64,000 bases of DNA from Candidatus Deferrimicrobiaceae bacterium (GTDB lineage: Bacteria > Desulfobacterota > Deferrimicrobia > Deferrimicrobiales > Deferrimicrobiaceae): positions 64,001 through 128,000 of the forward strand of contig CAWBVY010000007.1 in the NCBI GenBank assembly GCA_963792415.1, read 5' to 3'. Shown piece by piece: positions 29,722 to 38,984 of the stretch (its first letter is position 1; every line of letters starts with the position of its first letter). The translations under genes were made by a program, and so were the position numbers. The notes beneath the pieces are model-generated. The model ran no database searches. It worked only from the letters and a program-made list of their open reading frames with translations, and had not been told where the DNA came from.

Positions 29722-31701
29722 ATGCCCCCGGGTTCCAGGTACCAGCGAGCGAAACGGTTCCTGCTGGGCGCTCCGCGCGACCTGTTCGACCCGAAGATCT
29801 TCCACAACATCTCCCTGATCGCCTTCTTCGCCTGGGTGGGGCTGGGCGCCGACGGGATCTCCTCCTCCTCGTACGGCCCGGAGGAGGCGTACCTCGCCCT
29901 GGGGAGCCACTCGGTGCTGGCGATCTTCGTCGCCGTGATGACGGTGGGGACGATCTTCATCATTTCCGGGAGCTACGCGCAGATCATCGAGGCGTTCCCG
30001 TCGGGCGGCGGCGGGTACATCGTCGCGTCGAAGCTCCTCGGCGAGAAGGCGGGCGTGGTGACCGGATCGGCGCTGGTCATCGATTACGCGCTGACGATCA
30101 CGGTGTCCATTGCCGCCGGCGCGGACGCCATCTCCAGCTTCCTTCCGCCCATCTGGCTCCCGTACAAGTTCGAGTTCATCGCCCTGGTCCTCGGATTCCT
30201 CGTCTGGATCAACCTGCGGGGGGCCAAGGAGTCGGTGATGGTGCTCACCCCGATCTTCCTCGCTTTCCTGCTGACCCACGTCCCGCTGATCCTGTACGCG
30301 GTCCTTCGCCACCTGCCCGAACTGCCGTCCGTGGGCGCGCGGGTCTCCGCCGACCTCGGCTCCGCCTCCCGGGAAATCGGATGGCTGGGGATCGGGGCGC
30401 TGCTGGTGCGGGCGTACTCGATGGGGGCGGGGACGTACACCGGGATGGAGGCGGTCTCCAACTCGATGCAGACGCTGCGGGAACCCCGCGTGCACACGGG
30501 CAAGCGGGCGATGCTGTACCTGTCGTGCACCCTCGGCTTCATGGCGGGCGGGATCCTCCTCGGGTACGTCCTGAACGACGTATCCCCCGTTCCGGGGAAG
30601 ACGCTGAACGCCGTCCTGTTCGGCGGCCTGGTGGGGTCCCTATGGGATGCGGGCACCGCGAAGTACCTGACCGCCTTCGTTCTCCTCACCGAGGCGGTCC
30701 TGCTGTTCGTGGCGGCGCAGACCGGCTTCCTCGGCGGGCCGCAGGTCCTCTCCAACATGGCGGTCGACTCCTACATGCCCCACCGGTTCGCCCACCTCTC
30801 CGAGCGGCTGGTGACCAAGTACGGCGTCTACTTCATGGGCGGGATGGCGTTTTTGATGCTCTTCATCACGGGGGGATCCGTCCGGCTTCTTGTCATCATC
30901 TACTCCATCAACGTGTTCCTGACCTTCAGCATGTCGCAGTTCGGCATGGTGGTGCACTGGTGGAGGGATCGAAAGTCCGTGGAGGGGTGGAAGCACGGGC
31001 TGGCGGTCAACGGGATCGGCTTCTGTCTCACTGCGTCGATCCTGTGCGTCATCGTGGTCATGAAGTTTCTCGAGGGCGGGTGGATCACCCTGCTGGTCAC
31101 CAGCACCTTCGTGGCGGCGAGCTTTTTCGTGCGCCGCCATTACCGGAAGGCCGCCTACCACCTGCGCCGCCTCGACGACCTGCTCCTGAACCTCCCCCCC
31201 CCGACGACGCCCACCGCCCAGGAGCCGATGGTAAGGCGCCAGGCGCCCACCGCGGTCATCATGGTGTCGGGGTACAACGGGTTGGGGATGCACGTGTTCT
31301 TCTCGATCATCCGCTCCTTTCCCGGGACGTTCCGGAACTTCGTCTTCCTGTCCGTGGGCGTGATCGACACCAGCCGGTTCAAGGGGGTGGCGGAGATCGA
31401 GAACCTCTCGAAAAACCTGCAGGGGCAGCTCGTGAACTACGTCGAGTTCGTGAAGGGGCACGGCTACTACGCGGAGGCGCGGCACCGCGTGGGCACGGAC
31501 GTGATCGAAGTGCTCGACGGGATGGCGACGGACGTGTCGGTCGATTTCCCCAACGCCGTCTTCTTCGCCGGGCAGATCGTCTTCCAGGAGGAGAACTTCT
31601 TCAACAGGCTGCTCCACAACCAGACGGCGTTCCTCGCGCAGAAAAAGCTCGTGTTTTCCGGGCACCCGATGATCGTGATCCCGATCCGCGTCCTCGAATG
31701 A
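29722..31701 (+). CDS. APC-superfamily KimA/YdaO-like K+ transporter, copy 2
   Basis: Paralog of 27645-29621 with the same motifs. Confidence 0.8.
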   Translation: MPPGSRYQRAKRFLLGAPRDLFDPKIFHNISLIAFFAWVGLGADGISSSSYGPEEAYLALGSHSVLAIFVAVMTVGTIFIISGSYAQIIEAFPSGGGGYIVASKLLGEKAGVVTGSALVIDYALTITVSIAAGADAISSFLPPIWLPYKFEFIALVLGFLVWINLRGAKESVMVLTPIFLAFLLTHVPLILYAVLRHLPELPSVGARVSADLGSASREIGWLGIGALLVRAYSMGAGTYTGMEAVSNSMQTLREPRVHTGKRAMLYLSCTLGFMAGGILLGYVLNDVSPVPGKTLNAVLFGGLVGSLWDAGTAKYLTAFVLLTEAVLLFVAAQTGFLGGPQVLSNMAVDSYMPHRFAHLSERLVTKYGVYFMGGMAFLMLFITGGSVRLLVIIYSINVFLTFSMSQFGMVVHWWRDRKSVEGWKHGLAVNGIGFCLTASILCVIVVMKFLEGGWITLLVTSTFVAASFFVRRHYRKAAYHLRRLDDLLLNLPPPTTPTAQEPMVRRQAPTAVIMVSGYNGLGMHVFFSIIRSFPGTFRNFVFLSVGVIDTSRFKGVAEIENLSKNLQGQLVNYVEFVKGHGYYAEARHRVGTDVIEVLDGMATDVSVDFPNAVFFAGQIVFQEENFFNRLLHNQTAFLAQKKLVFSGHPMIVIPIRVLE

Positions 31702-31809
31702 ACGTGCGTGCCTCTTTCGTCGCGGGTTGACCGGAACCCGCCGGATCTGCAAGAATGAAAAGTTGGAGAACAACGTCCTTTCTCACGATCACACGCTAGG
31801 GGGTCCGGG

Positions 31810-32211
31810 ATGGCGATGATGCGCAAGGCAGGCTGGTTCGTGATGGTGGCCGTGATGATGGCCGGGTGGATGGGCGTTCTCGGCTCGATCCGGGGGGTCG
31901 CCGAGGCGGGCGTGATCGCCTCCAGCATCGGAGACGCGGGGAGCCGGGTCGAGGACATGGCCAAGGTCCAGGCGTTTCTCGAGAACAAGGTCGTCGTCCA
32001 GAAGCTGGTCGACTACGGGGTGTCGCCCGCGGAGGCGATGGCGAAGGTCAAGGATATGAGCGCGCAGGACCTGCACCGGCTGGCGTCGCTGACCGACCGG
32101 GCGGCGGCGGGGACCAGCGACGCCCTCGGGTTCCTGATCGGCCTGGCGATCCTCATCATCCTCATCATCGTGATCATGAAGCTCATGAACAAGGAAGTGA
32201 TCATCCGCTGA
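31810..32211 (+). CDS. PA2779-family small membrane/secreted protein
   Basis: Signal peptide, QKLVDYGVS..EA..KV..MS..DL, and a C-terminal TM after AAG. Confidence 0.7.
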   Translation: MAMMRKAGWFVMVAVMMAGWMGVLGSIRGVAEAGVIASSIGDAGSRVEDMAKVQAFLENKVVVQKLVDYGVSPAEAMAKVKDMSAQDLHRLASLTDRAAAGTSDALGFLIGLAILIILIIVIMKLMNKEVIIR

Positions 32212-32362
32212 CGACGGCGCAGGCCGGTTTCGGACGGCAATTTTATTTTATGCTTGACATGACGGGGACCTCGCGCCGGATAATGTCAGGCTTGGAAGGA
32301 ACCGGCACGCGGATCCATCGTTTTTCATGGATATCGCCCGGGAGAAAAAAAGGGGGAGGAGC

Positions 32363-32854
32363 ATGTATACCAACATCCTGTTGCCGACGGACGGGCTGGG
32401 GAAGTGCCAGTTCGGTACCTGTCACGGAATCCTGCTCGCCAAAGACCTCGGCGCCAAAGTGACGGCGGTTTGCGTCACGGAGAAACTTTCCGGTCAGGAA
32501 ATCCTGAAGATCTACAATCCCGACATGCTGTTCGGGGCTACCGATGCGAAGAACGCGAAAGAGTCGATGAAGCGCGCCGAGGACCTGCACAAGGATTTTG
32601 CGGAAAAGGCGCTCGACGTTGCGGAGAAGATGTGCGCGAACAACGGCGTGAAGTGCGACAAGGTGTATCTCACCGGGGAAAACCCCACGGACGGAATCCT
32701 GAAGGTTGCGAAGGAAAAGAACTGCGACCTCATCTTCATATCGACCCACGGCAACCCGGGGTTGATGGGCACGCTGTTCGGGACCGTCGCGACGAAGATC
32801 CTCTCGAGGTCGAAGACTCCCGTCCTCGTGCATCATTGCGGGGGACCCGGCTGA
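32363..32854 (+). CDS. Universal stress protein (Cys-rich)
   Basis: MYTNILLPTDG, DLIFISTHG...LFGTVATKIL...PVLV. Confidence 0.9.
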   Translation: MYTNILLPTDGLGKCQFGTCHGILLAKDLGAKVTAVCVTEKLSGQEILKIYNPDMLFGATDAKNAKESMKRAEDLHKDFAEKALDVAEKMCANNGVKCDKVYLTGENPTDGILKVAKEKNCDLIFISTHGNPGLMGTLFGTVATKILSRSKTPVLVHHCGGPG

Positions 32855-33032
32855 GCGTTCGGTAGGCGTTTTCCGCGGGACCCGGACGCCGCGGGGAGGG
32901 CGATTCGCGGGATATCGTGACCCGTGGCGGGGAGACGTATCCCCGTCACGGGTCATGTCCCTTCCGGAGCCTTTCCCCCGGGCTCCGGGCCGTCGTGTCC
33001 CTTCCCCGGAAAACGTTTTCAAAGGAGGCCGC

Positions 33033-34823
33033 ATGACCACCGGTGAACCCAGGGACATGCTCGCCATCCTCGCCGGTCCCGGACCGGAGGTGTTCACCAC
33101 CCGCCCCGTCATCATGGGCACCCACGGCATGGTCACTTCCGGACATTACCTCGCCAGCAGGATCGGTCTTCACATCCTCGAGGAGGGAGGGAACGCGGTC
33201 GATGCCGGGGTGGCGATGGGATTCGCCCTGGCCGTGCTGGAGCCGTACATCTACGGCATCGGCGGCGAAGTGCCCATCCTCGTCTACCTCTCGGACGAGA
33301 AACGGGTCGTGAGCCTCTCCGGCCAGGGGCCGGCTCCCCAGAGGGCGACCATCGAGTGGTTCGGAAAGAACGGGATCGACGCCATTCCCGGCGACGGGCT
33401 GCTGGCCGCCGTCGTCCCCGACGCCGTCTCGACCTGGATCTCCGCGCTGTCGCGCTTCGGAAGCATGACCCTCTCCCAGGTCCTTTCCCCCTCCGTGGAG
33501 CTCGCGGGGCGGGGCTTCCCCATGTACGAGAGGCTCCGGTCCGCACTCGAGAGGAGTTCTCCGCAATTCCTGGAGATGTGGCCCTCCTCGGCGCACGCCT
33601 ATCTTCCCGGCGGCCGGATTCCGGCCGTGGGCGAAATCTATGTGCAGCGCGACCTTGCGGGATTCTTTACCATGCTCATCGACGCGGAATACCGGGAAAG
33701 GGGAAGGGGGCGCAGGGGTGCGCTGGCAGCGGCCCACGACGCGTTCTACAAGGGGGAAATAGGGGAACGGATCGTGAAATTCGTTCAGGAGCGCCGCCTC
33801 CCCGATTCGACGGGGAAGAGAAACGGCGGGCTGATCACGAAGGAAGACCTGCAGCGCTACGCGGCCCGGGTCGAGGAACCCGTGACGGCGAACTACCGGG
33901 GGTACGACGTCTTCAAGTGCGGCCCCTGGTCCCAGGGGCCGGTCTTTCTCCAGCAGATCAACCTGCTGGAAGGGTACGACCTGGCGGCGATGAAGCACAA
34001 CTCCCCGGAGTACATCCACCTCCTGATCGAGGTCGCCAAACTCGCGTTCGCGGACCGGGAAACCTGGTACGGCGACCCGGACTTCGCCGAAGTGCCCCTC
34101 GACGTTCTTCTGTCCAAGGAATACGCCGCGGCGCGCCGGAAGCTCATCGACCCGGGCACCGCTTCCATGGAGCTGCGCCCCGGCAATGCGCGCGCGTACA
34201 GGCCCCTGGAGAGGCACGGCGGCTCGGACATCCACAAGGGCGACACCACGCATCTGGACGCCATGGACCGGTGGGGGAACATGCTGTCCGCGACCCCCTC
34301 CGGCGGCTGGTTCCGCAGTTCGCCGGTCATCGAGGGGTTGGGCTTCCCCCTCGGAACCCGCCTGCAGATGTTCTCCCTGGATCCCGGCCACCCCAATGGC
34401 CTCCGGCCGGGGAAGCGTCCCCGCACGACCCTGACCCCCTCCCTGGCGCTGAAGGACGGCAGGCCGTACATGGCGTTCGGCACTCCGGGCGCGGACCAGC
34501 AGGACCAGTGGTCGCTCCAGTTCTTCCTGAACTGCGTGGACTTCGGCATGAACCTGCAGGTCGCGGTCGACGCCCCCACCTTCCACACGGGCCATTTCCC
34601 GTCTTCCTTCCACCCGCACGGCGCGGAGCCCGGGGCGCTTTACCTGGAGGGCCGCATCCCGGGGGAGACGATCGCATCCCTCCGGGAAAAGGGGCACGGG
34701 GTGCGGGTGGGGGGGGATTGGAGCCACGGCCGGGTTCTCGGCATCCGATTCGATGCCGGCAGCGGCACGATCTCCGGCGCGGCGACGGCACGGATGGAGA
34801 CCGGGTACGCCATGGGTTGGTAA
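33033..34823 (+). CDS. Gamma-glutamyltransferase-family Ntn hydrolase (candidate oxamate amidohydrolase, HpxW-like)
   Basis: GGNAVDA, KLAFADRE, autocleavage site GD/TTH, DRWGN, PGKRPRTTLTP, FGTPGADQQ; AAAGGAGG RBS. Confidence 0.88.
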   Translation: MTTGEPRDMLAILAGPGPEVFTTRPVIMGTHGMVTSGHYLASRIGLHILEEGGNAVDAGVAMGFALAVLEPYIYGIGGEVPILVYLSDEKRVVSLSGQGPAPQRATIEWFGKNGIDAIPGDGLLAAVVPDAVSTWISALSRFGSMTLSQVLSPSVELAGRGFPMYERLRSALERSSPQFLEMWPSSAHAYLPGGRIPAVGEIYVQRDLAGFFTMLIDAEYRERGRGRRGALAAAHDAFYKGEIGERIVKFVQERRLPDSTGKRNGGLITKEDLQRYAARVEEPVTANYRGYDVFKCGPWSQGPVFLQQINLLEGYDLAAMKHNSPEYIHLLIEVAKLAFADRETWYGDPDFAEVPLDVLLSKEYAAARRKLIDPGTASMELRPGNARAYRPLERHGGSDIHKGDTTHLDAMDRWGNMLSATPSGGWFRSSPVIEGLGFPLGTRLQMFSLDPGHPNGLRPGKRPRTTLTPSLALKDGRPYMAFGTPGADQQDQWSLQFFLNCVDFGMNLQVAVDAPTFHTGHFPSSFHPHGAEPGALYLEGRIPGETIASLREKGHGVRVGGDWSHGRVLGIRFDAGSGTISGAATARMETGYAMGW

Positions 34824-34854
34824 TTCCAGCGGTTTTTCCTGTCCATTTTTCTCC

Positions 34855-34932
34855 TTGACAGCAGCCCCCCCTCTGGCTATCCTGCATTGGTCTGACAATC
34901 AGTCTGTATACAGTATTCGGTCGGGCCACCAT
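34855..34932 (+). promoter_or_regulatory. Sigma70 promoter with FadR/GntR-type operator(s)
   Basis: TTGACA-17-TATCCT, then ATTGGTCTGACAAT (34886-34899), palindrome CTGTATACAG (34904-34913) and a degenerate TCGGTCGGGCCA. Confidence 0.7.
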
Positions 34933-34960
34933 ACCTGTGCGTTAAACACAACGGAGAGGC

Positions 34961-37129
34961 ATGAAGACACCGGTCGTACGGTCAGAGGATCTCTCGCTTC
35001 GCGTCGCGAAGGCCTTCATCGAGGATGAGGGGAAGGGCCTCGCCCGCGTGGATGCCGATCAGCTGAAGGCCCTGGGGGCGGTGCCCGGCGACTGCCTGCT
35101 GATCACCGGCCGCCGGTCCACGGTGGCCCGCGCCGGCCATCTCACCCAGCATTACGAAGGCAAGGGCCTGGTGCAGATCGACAGCGTCACCCGGGACAAC
35201 GCGCAGATCTCCGTGGACGAGACCTGCACCGTCCAGAAGGTCCCCTCCAAGCTGGCCGACAGCATCATTCTCTCCCCCGTCGACGTGCGAAGCCAGCCCC
35301 CGAAGGAACAGGAAATCCCCCACATCCTCCAGCTGCTGTCCGGGCTCCACGTGGTGATCGGCGACCGCGTGCAGATCGTCCTGTTCGGAACCCGTCCGCA
35401 ATTCTTCATGGTGGAGGGGGCAAGCCCGCGGGGGGCCCTCCGGATCACCGCCCACACGGCCATCACCTTCCGGAGCGCCGATTTTGCAAGCGAAAAGGCC
35501 TTCAGGACCTCCTACGAGGACATCGGCGGCCTGGATAAAGAGTTGGGCCACATCCGGGAGATGATCGAGCTTCCCCTGAAATTCCCCGATCTGTTCACCG
35601 AGCTCGGCATCGATCCGCCCAAGGGGGTTCTCCTCTCCGGGCCGCCGGGAACGGGAAAGACCCTCATCGCGCGTGCCATATCGAACGAGGTGCGGGCCCA
35701 TTTCATCCACGTCAACGGACCCGAGCTCATCCACAAGTTCTACGGGGAGAGCGAGGCCAAGCTTCGTCAGGTCTTCGACGAGGCCCGGAAGAACTCCCCC
35801 AGCATCATCTTCTTCGACGAGATGGACGCCCTCGCCCCGAAACGGGCCAACGTCGTCGGAGACGTGGAAAAGCGCGTCGTGGCGCAGCTCCTGGCGCTGA
35901 TGGACGGCCTCGTCTCCCGCGGGGAGGTCGTGATCATCGGCGCCACGAACATGCCGGAACTCGTCGACCCGGCCCTGCGCCGCCCGGGGCGTTTCGACCG
36001 CGAAATCACGATCGGCGTGCCGAAGCGGGCCGACCGCCTCCAGATCCTCAAGATCCATTCCCGCAAGATGCCGCTCGCGGAGGATGTCGACCTGAAGCAT
36101 CTGGCCGAGATCACCCACGGATACGTCGGCGCGGACATTGCCGCTCTGTGCACCGAGGCGGGCATGGCGACGCTTCGGCGCATCCTCCCCTCGGTCAAGT
36201 TCCAGGTGGATGCCAAGCCCGTCCTGGAGGAAGGGTCGAAGATCCAGGTCACCGCCGGGGATTTCGTGTCCGCCTTCAAGGCGGTCGAGCCCACCTCGAC
36301 GCGGGAGTTCATGAGCGAGCGGCCGAACATCTCCTTCAAGGACGTCGGGGGGCTGCGCGGGATCAAGGAGAACCTCCTTTCCCTGATGCGGCTTCCCCTC
36401 CAAGGTTTTCCCCTCTTCGTCAATTCCCGCCTGAGCCCCCCAAGGGGCGTCCTCTTCTCGGGTCCCTCCGGAACGGGGAAAACCTTGATGGCCAAGGCGC
36501 TCGCGGGGGAGATGGGGATGACCCTCTTCATCGTCGACCCTCCAACCCTCCTTTCGAAGTGGGTCGGGGAGTCGGAAAAGGGGCTGAGGGAGGTCTTCAA
36601 GCGGGCGAAGCAGGCCTCTCCCTGCATCCTGTTCTTCGACGAGATCGAAGCCATGGCGCCGGCGCGGACCGCGGAAGATTCCGGCCAGGTCTCCCAGCGG
36701 ATCGTCAGCCAGCTGTTCCGGGAGCTCGACGGGCTGCCGAGTTCGCTGGGGATCGCGGTCGTCGCCGCGACGAACCGGATCGACCTGATGGAGCCGGCGC
36801 TGCTCCGGGCGGGACGCTTCGATTCCATCATCGAATTCCCCCTCCCCGGAAAGGAGGAGAGGGGCGAGATCCTGGAGTTGTACATGCAATCGCTGCCGTT
36901 CCGGACCGAGGTCGACATCGAGCTCCTCGCCGGCATGAGCGAGGGATGGACCGGGGCCGAACTCGAGGCCCTCTGCAAGAAGGCGGTCGTCGTGGTTCTG
37001 GAAGAGAGCCTCGCAAGGGGGGAGAAACTCGATTACATGCTCCTCAAGATCACGACGAAGCATTTCGACCAGGCGATCGAAAGGAACGGGACCTCTTCGG
37101 CGATCCGACCCCGCGCAATGAAGCATTGA
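34961..37129 (+). CDS. CDC48/VAT/p97-family double-AAA+ ATPase
   Basis: N-domain plus YEDIGGL; two AAA modules (GPPGTGKT/FFDEMD and GPSGTGKT/FFDEIE); KFYGESE, KWVGESE and RPGRFD/RAGRFD. Confidence 0.93.
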   Translation: MKTPVVRSEDLSLRVAKAFIEDEGKGLARVDADQLKALGAVPGDCLLITGRRSTVARAGHLTQHYEGKGLVQIDSVTRDNAQISVDETCTVQKVPSKLADSIILSPVDVRSQPPKEQEIPHILQLLSGLHVVIGDRVQIVLFGTRPQFFMVEGASPRGALRITAHTAITFRSADFASEKAFRTSYEDIGGLDKELGHIREMIELPLKFPDLFTELGIDPPKGVLLSGPPGTGKTLIARAISNEVRAHFIHVNGPELIHKFYGESEAKLRQVFDEARKNSPSIIFFDEMDALAPKRANVVGDVEKRVVAQLLALMDGLVSRGEVVIIGATNMPELVDPALRRPGRFDREITIGVPKRADRLQILKIHSRKMPLAEDVDLKHLAEITHGYVGADIAALCTEAGMATLRRILPSVKFQVDAKPVLEEGSKIQVTAGDFVSAFKAVEPTSTREFMSERPNISFKDVGGLRGIKENLLSLMRLPLQGFPLFVNSRLSPPRGVLFSGPSGTGKTLMAKALAGEMGMTLFIVDPPTLLSKWVGESEKGLREVFKRAKQASPCILFFDEIEAMAPARTAEDSGQVSQRIVSQLFRELDGLPSSLGIAVVAATNRIDLMEPALLRAGRFDSIIEFPLPGKEERGEILELYMQSLPFRTEVDIELLAGMSEGWTGAELEALCKKAVVVVLEESLARGEKLDYMLLKITTKHFDQAIERNGTSSAIRPRAMKH

Positions 37130-37156
37130 TCGCGTTTCTCGATTGAAGGAGCGGAA

Positions 37157-37915
37157 GTGAAGCATAAGTCGCAGATGTTCAAGCCGATCAAGAAGGCGAA
37201 GGTATACGAGGAGATTGTGACCAAGATCAAGGACATGGTCGAAAAAGGCCGGTTCAAGTCGGGAGACCAGCTTCCGGTGGAGCGGGAGCTGGCCGAGGTC
37301 TTCCGGGTGAGCCGATCCTCCGTCCGGGAAGCTCTCCGCTCCCTGGAGACCCAGGGATTCATCGAGAGCCGCCAGGGAGACGGGACGTACATCGCGAGCC
37401 AGCCCGTCGAGTCCCTGGTCCGCCCCCTTGCCTCCGTCATCCTCACGGAGAAGGACGATCAGATGGAGCTATTCGAAATGCGCCGGATGATCGAGCCGGA
37501 TCTCGCCTATCTCGCGGCGGAACGGGCCACCGAGGAAGAGATCGCCATGATGGAGAAGGTCCTCGCCCTTCAGGAAGAACAGATCGCCCGGGGAGAATTC
37601 GGGACGGACGTGGACAGGAATTTCCATTACATCATGGTGAGGGCGGCGAAAAACAAGGCCATCCTGCGCATCACCGACAACATCATCGACCTGCTCGCGG
37701 AGAGCCGCGAGCAGTACCTCCAGGTGGATGGAAGACCCCAGAAATCCATTTTACGCCACAGGGAAGTGCTCGATGCGATCCGTGCCAGGGATCCTGAGCG
37801 GGCCGAGAAATGCATGCTCGAGCACTTGGTGGATATCGAGACCAGTCTTTTCGGGACATCCGGGAGACGGAGGTCGAAGAGGGAATCGTCACCAGACTCT
37901 AACGAAAGGAGGTGA
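37157..37915 (+). CDS. FadR/GntR-family regulator (PdhR/LldR-like)
   Basis: GDQLPVERELAEVFRVSRSSVREAL wHTH and an FCD domain with D..FH...H...H. Confidence 0.93.
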   Translation: MKHKSQMFKPIKKAKVYEEIVTKIKDMVEKGRFKSGDQLPVERELAEVFRVSRSSVREALRSLETQGFIESRQGDGTYIASQPVESLVRPLASVILTEKDDQMELFEMRRMIEPDLAYLAAERATEEEIAMMEKVLALQEEQIARGEFGTDVDRNFHYIMVRAAKNKAILRITDNIIDLLAESREQYLQVDGRPQKSILRHREVLDAIRARDPERAEKCMLEHLVDIETSLFGTSGRRRSKRESSPDSNERR

Positions 37916-37978
37916 ACCGGAGTTCGCCGGGCAGTTCGTATCGATTCGTATCGTAGACAAAAGAAGGAGGAAAGCACA

Positions 37979-38593
37979 ATGGCAGATGTATTTGAAGTAA
38001 CGATCTGGGCCCGCGGTGTGACCCAGGACATGGAAGGAAGGCACCTGTCGCTCGTGATCGCAAACGCGGCATCGAAAGGCGGCAAGCACACCCAGGCCTG
38101 GGACAACTACGCGGACCTTCCGGACCGCGTCCAGGTTCCGCTGCGCAAGTACGCCCGCATCAGCGACGAAGAGATCGAAATGCGCTACGTGTACGAGAAC
38201 AACAACCCGGAGCTCGTCTTCGTCATGGACGACACGATCATCAAGGGGATCGACATCCTTCGCGGGATGAAGAAGGGCGGAACGCTGGTCGTCAACAGCA
38301 AGCGGTCGGCCGATGAACTCCTCGCGCTGATCCCCAACAAGGACCTGTTGAAGGCCTTCGTCACCGTGGACGCCACCGGGATCATCGGCGGCAGCGGTCT
38401 CGACAGCGTCGACTTCATGGGTTCGGAAGGCGGCACGGAAGCCGTCTCCGTGGCCGTCGGCATGGCCGCACCGTTGATCGGCGCGGCGACCAAGGTCTGC
38501 GACAAGTTCACCCTGGCAAACGCCGTCGAATGCGCCGGGAACAAGGGCGCCGTGAAAGAAGGGGCCAAGACCGCCGTAGTGAAATCCTTATAA
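37979..38593 (+). CDS. Oxalate oxidoreductase gamma-domain subunit
   Basis: TIWARGV, QAWDNYADLPDRVQVP and GSEGGT match the N-terminal part of Moorella OorD as recalled. Confidence 0.82.
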   Translation: MADVFEVTIWARGVTQDMEGRHLSLVIANAASKGGKHTQAWDNYADLPDRVQVPLRKYARISDEEIEMRYVYENNNPELVFVMDDTIIKGIDILRGMKKGGTLVVNSKRSADELLALIPNKDLLKAFVTVDATGIIGGSGLDSVDFMGSEGGTEAVSVAVGMAAPLIGAATKVCDKFTLANAVECAGNKGAVKEGAKTAVVKSL

Positions 38594-38616
38594 GGCAAAG
38601 GAAGGAGAAGAAAAAA

Positions 38617-38964
38617 ATGAGTCCAATGTACTGTGAAAAGTTCCGGATCCCCAAGCACCTCGAAATCGCCGACGGCGCGGTGGTCCCGGCCCCCGTGGGC
38701 GAGCAGCCGATGATGAAGACCGGGAACTGGCGGACCGAGCGTCCGGTCATCGACCATGAAAAGTGCACGGCCTGCCTGAACTGCTTCGCCTTCTGCCCGG
38801 ACTCCAGCTGGCACTTCGACGAGAAGTCCGAAAAGATGGTCTGGAACCCGATCTACTGCAAGGGTTGCAGGATGTGTGTCGAGGTTTGCCCGGTGGATGC
38901 GCTCCGGCTCGAGAACGAACTGAATTTCAAAGGCGGCGTCGCCCGTCTTGACAAGCCTTACTAG
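38617..38964 (+). CDS. Oxalate oxidoreductase delta (2[4Fe-4S] ferredoxin) subunit
   Basis: TGNWRTERP, CTACLNCFAFCP, CKGCRMCVEVCP. Confidence 0.85.
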   Translation: MSPMYCEKFRIPKHLEIADGAVVPAPVGEQPMMKTGNWRTERPVIDHEKCTACLNCFAFCPDSSWHFDEKSEKMVWNPIYCKGCRMCVEVCPVDALRLENELNFKGGVARLDKPY

Positions 38965-38984
38965 ATTCCAAGGAGGAGAAACAC

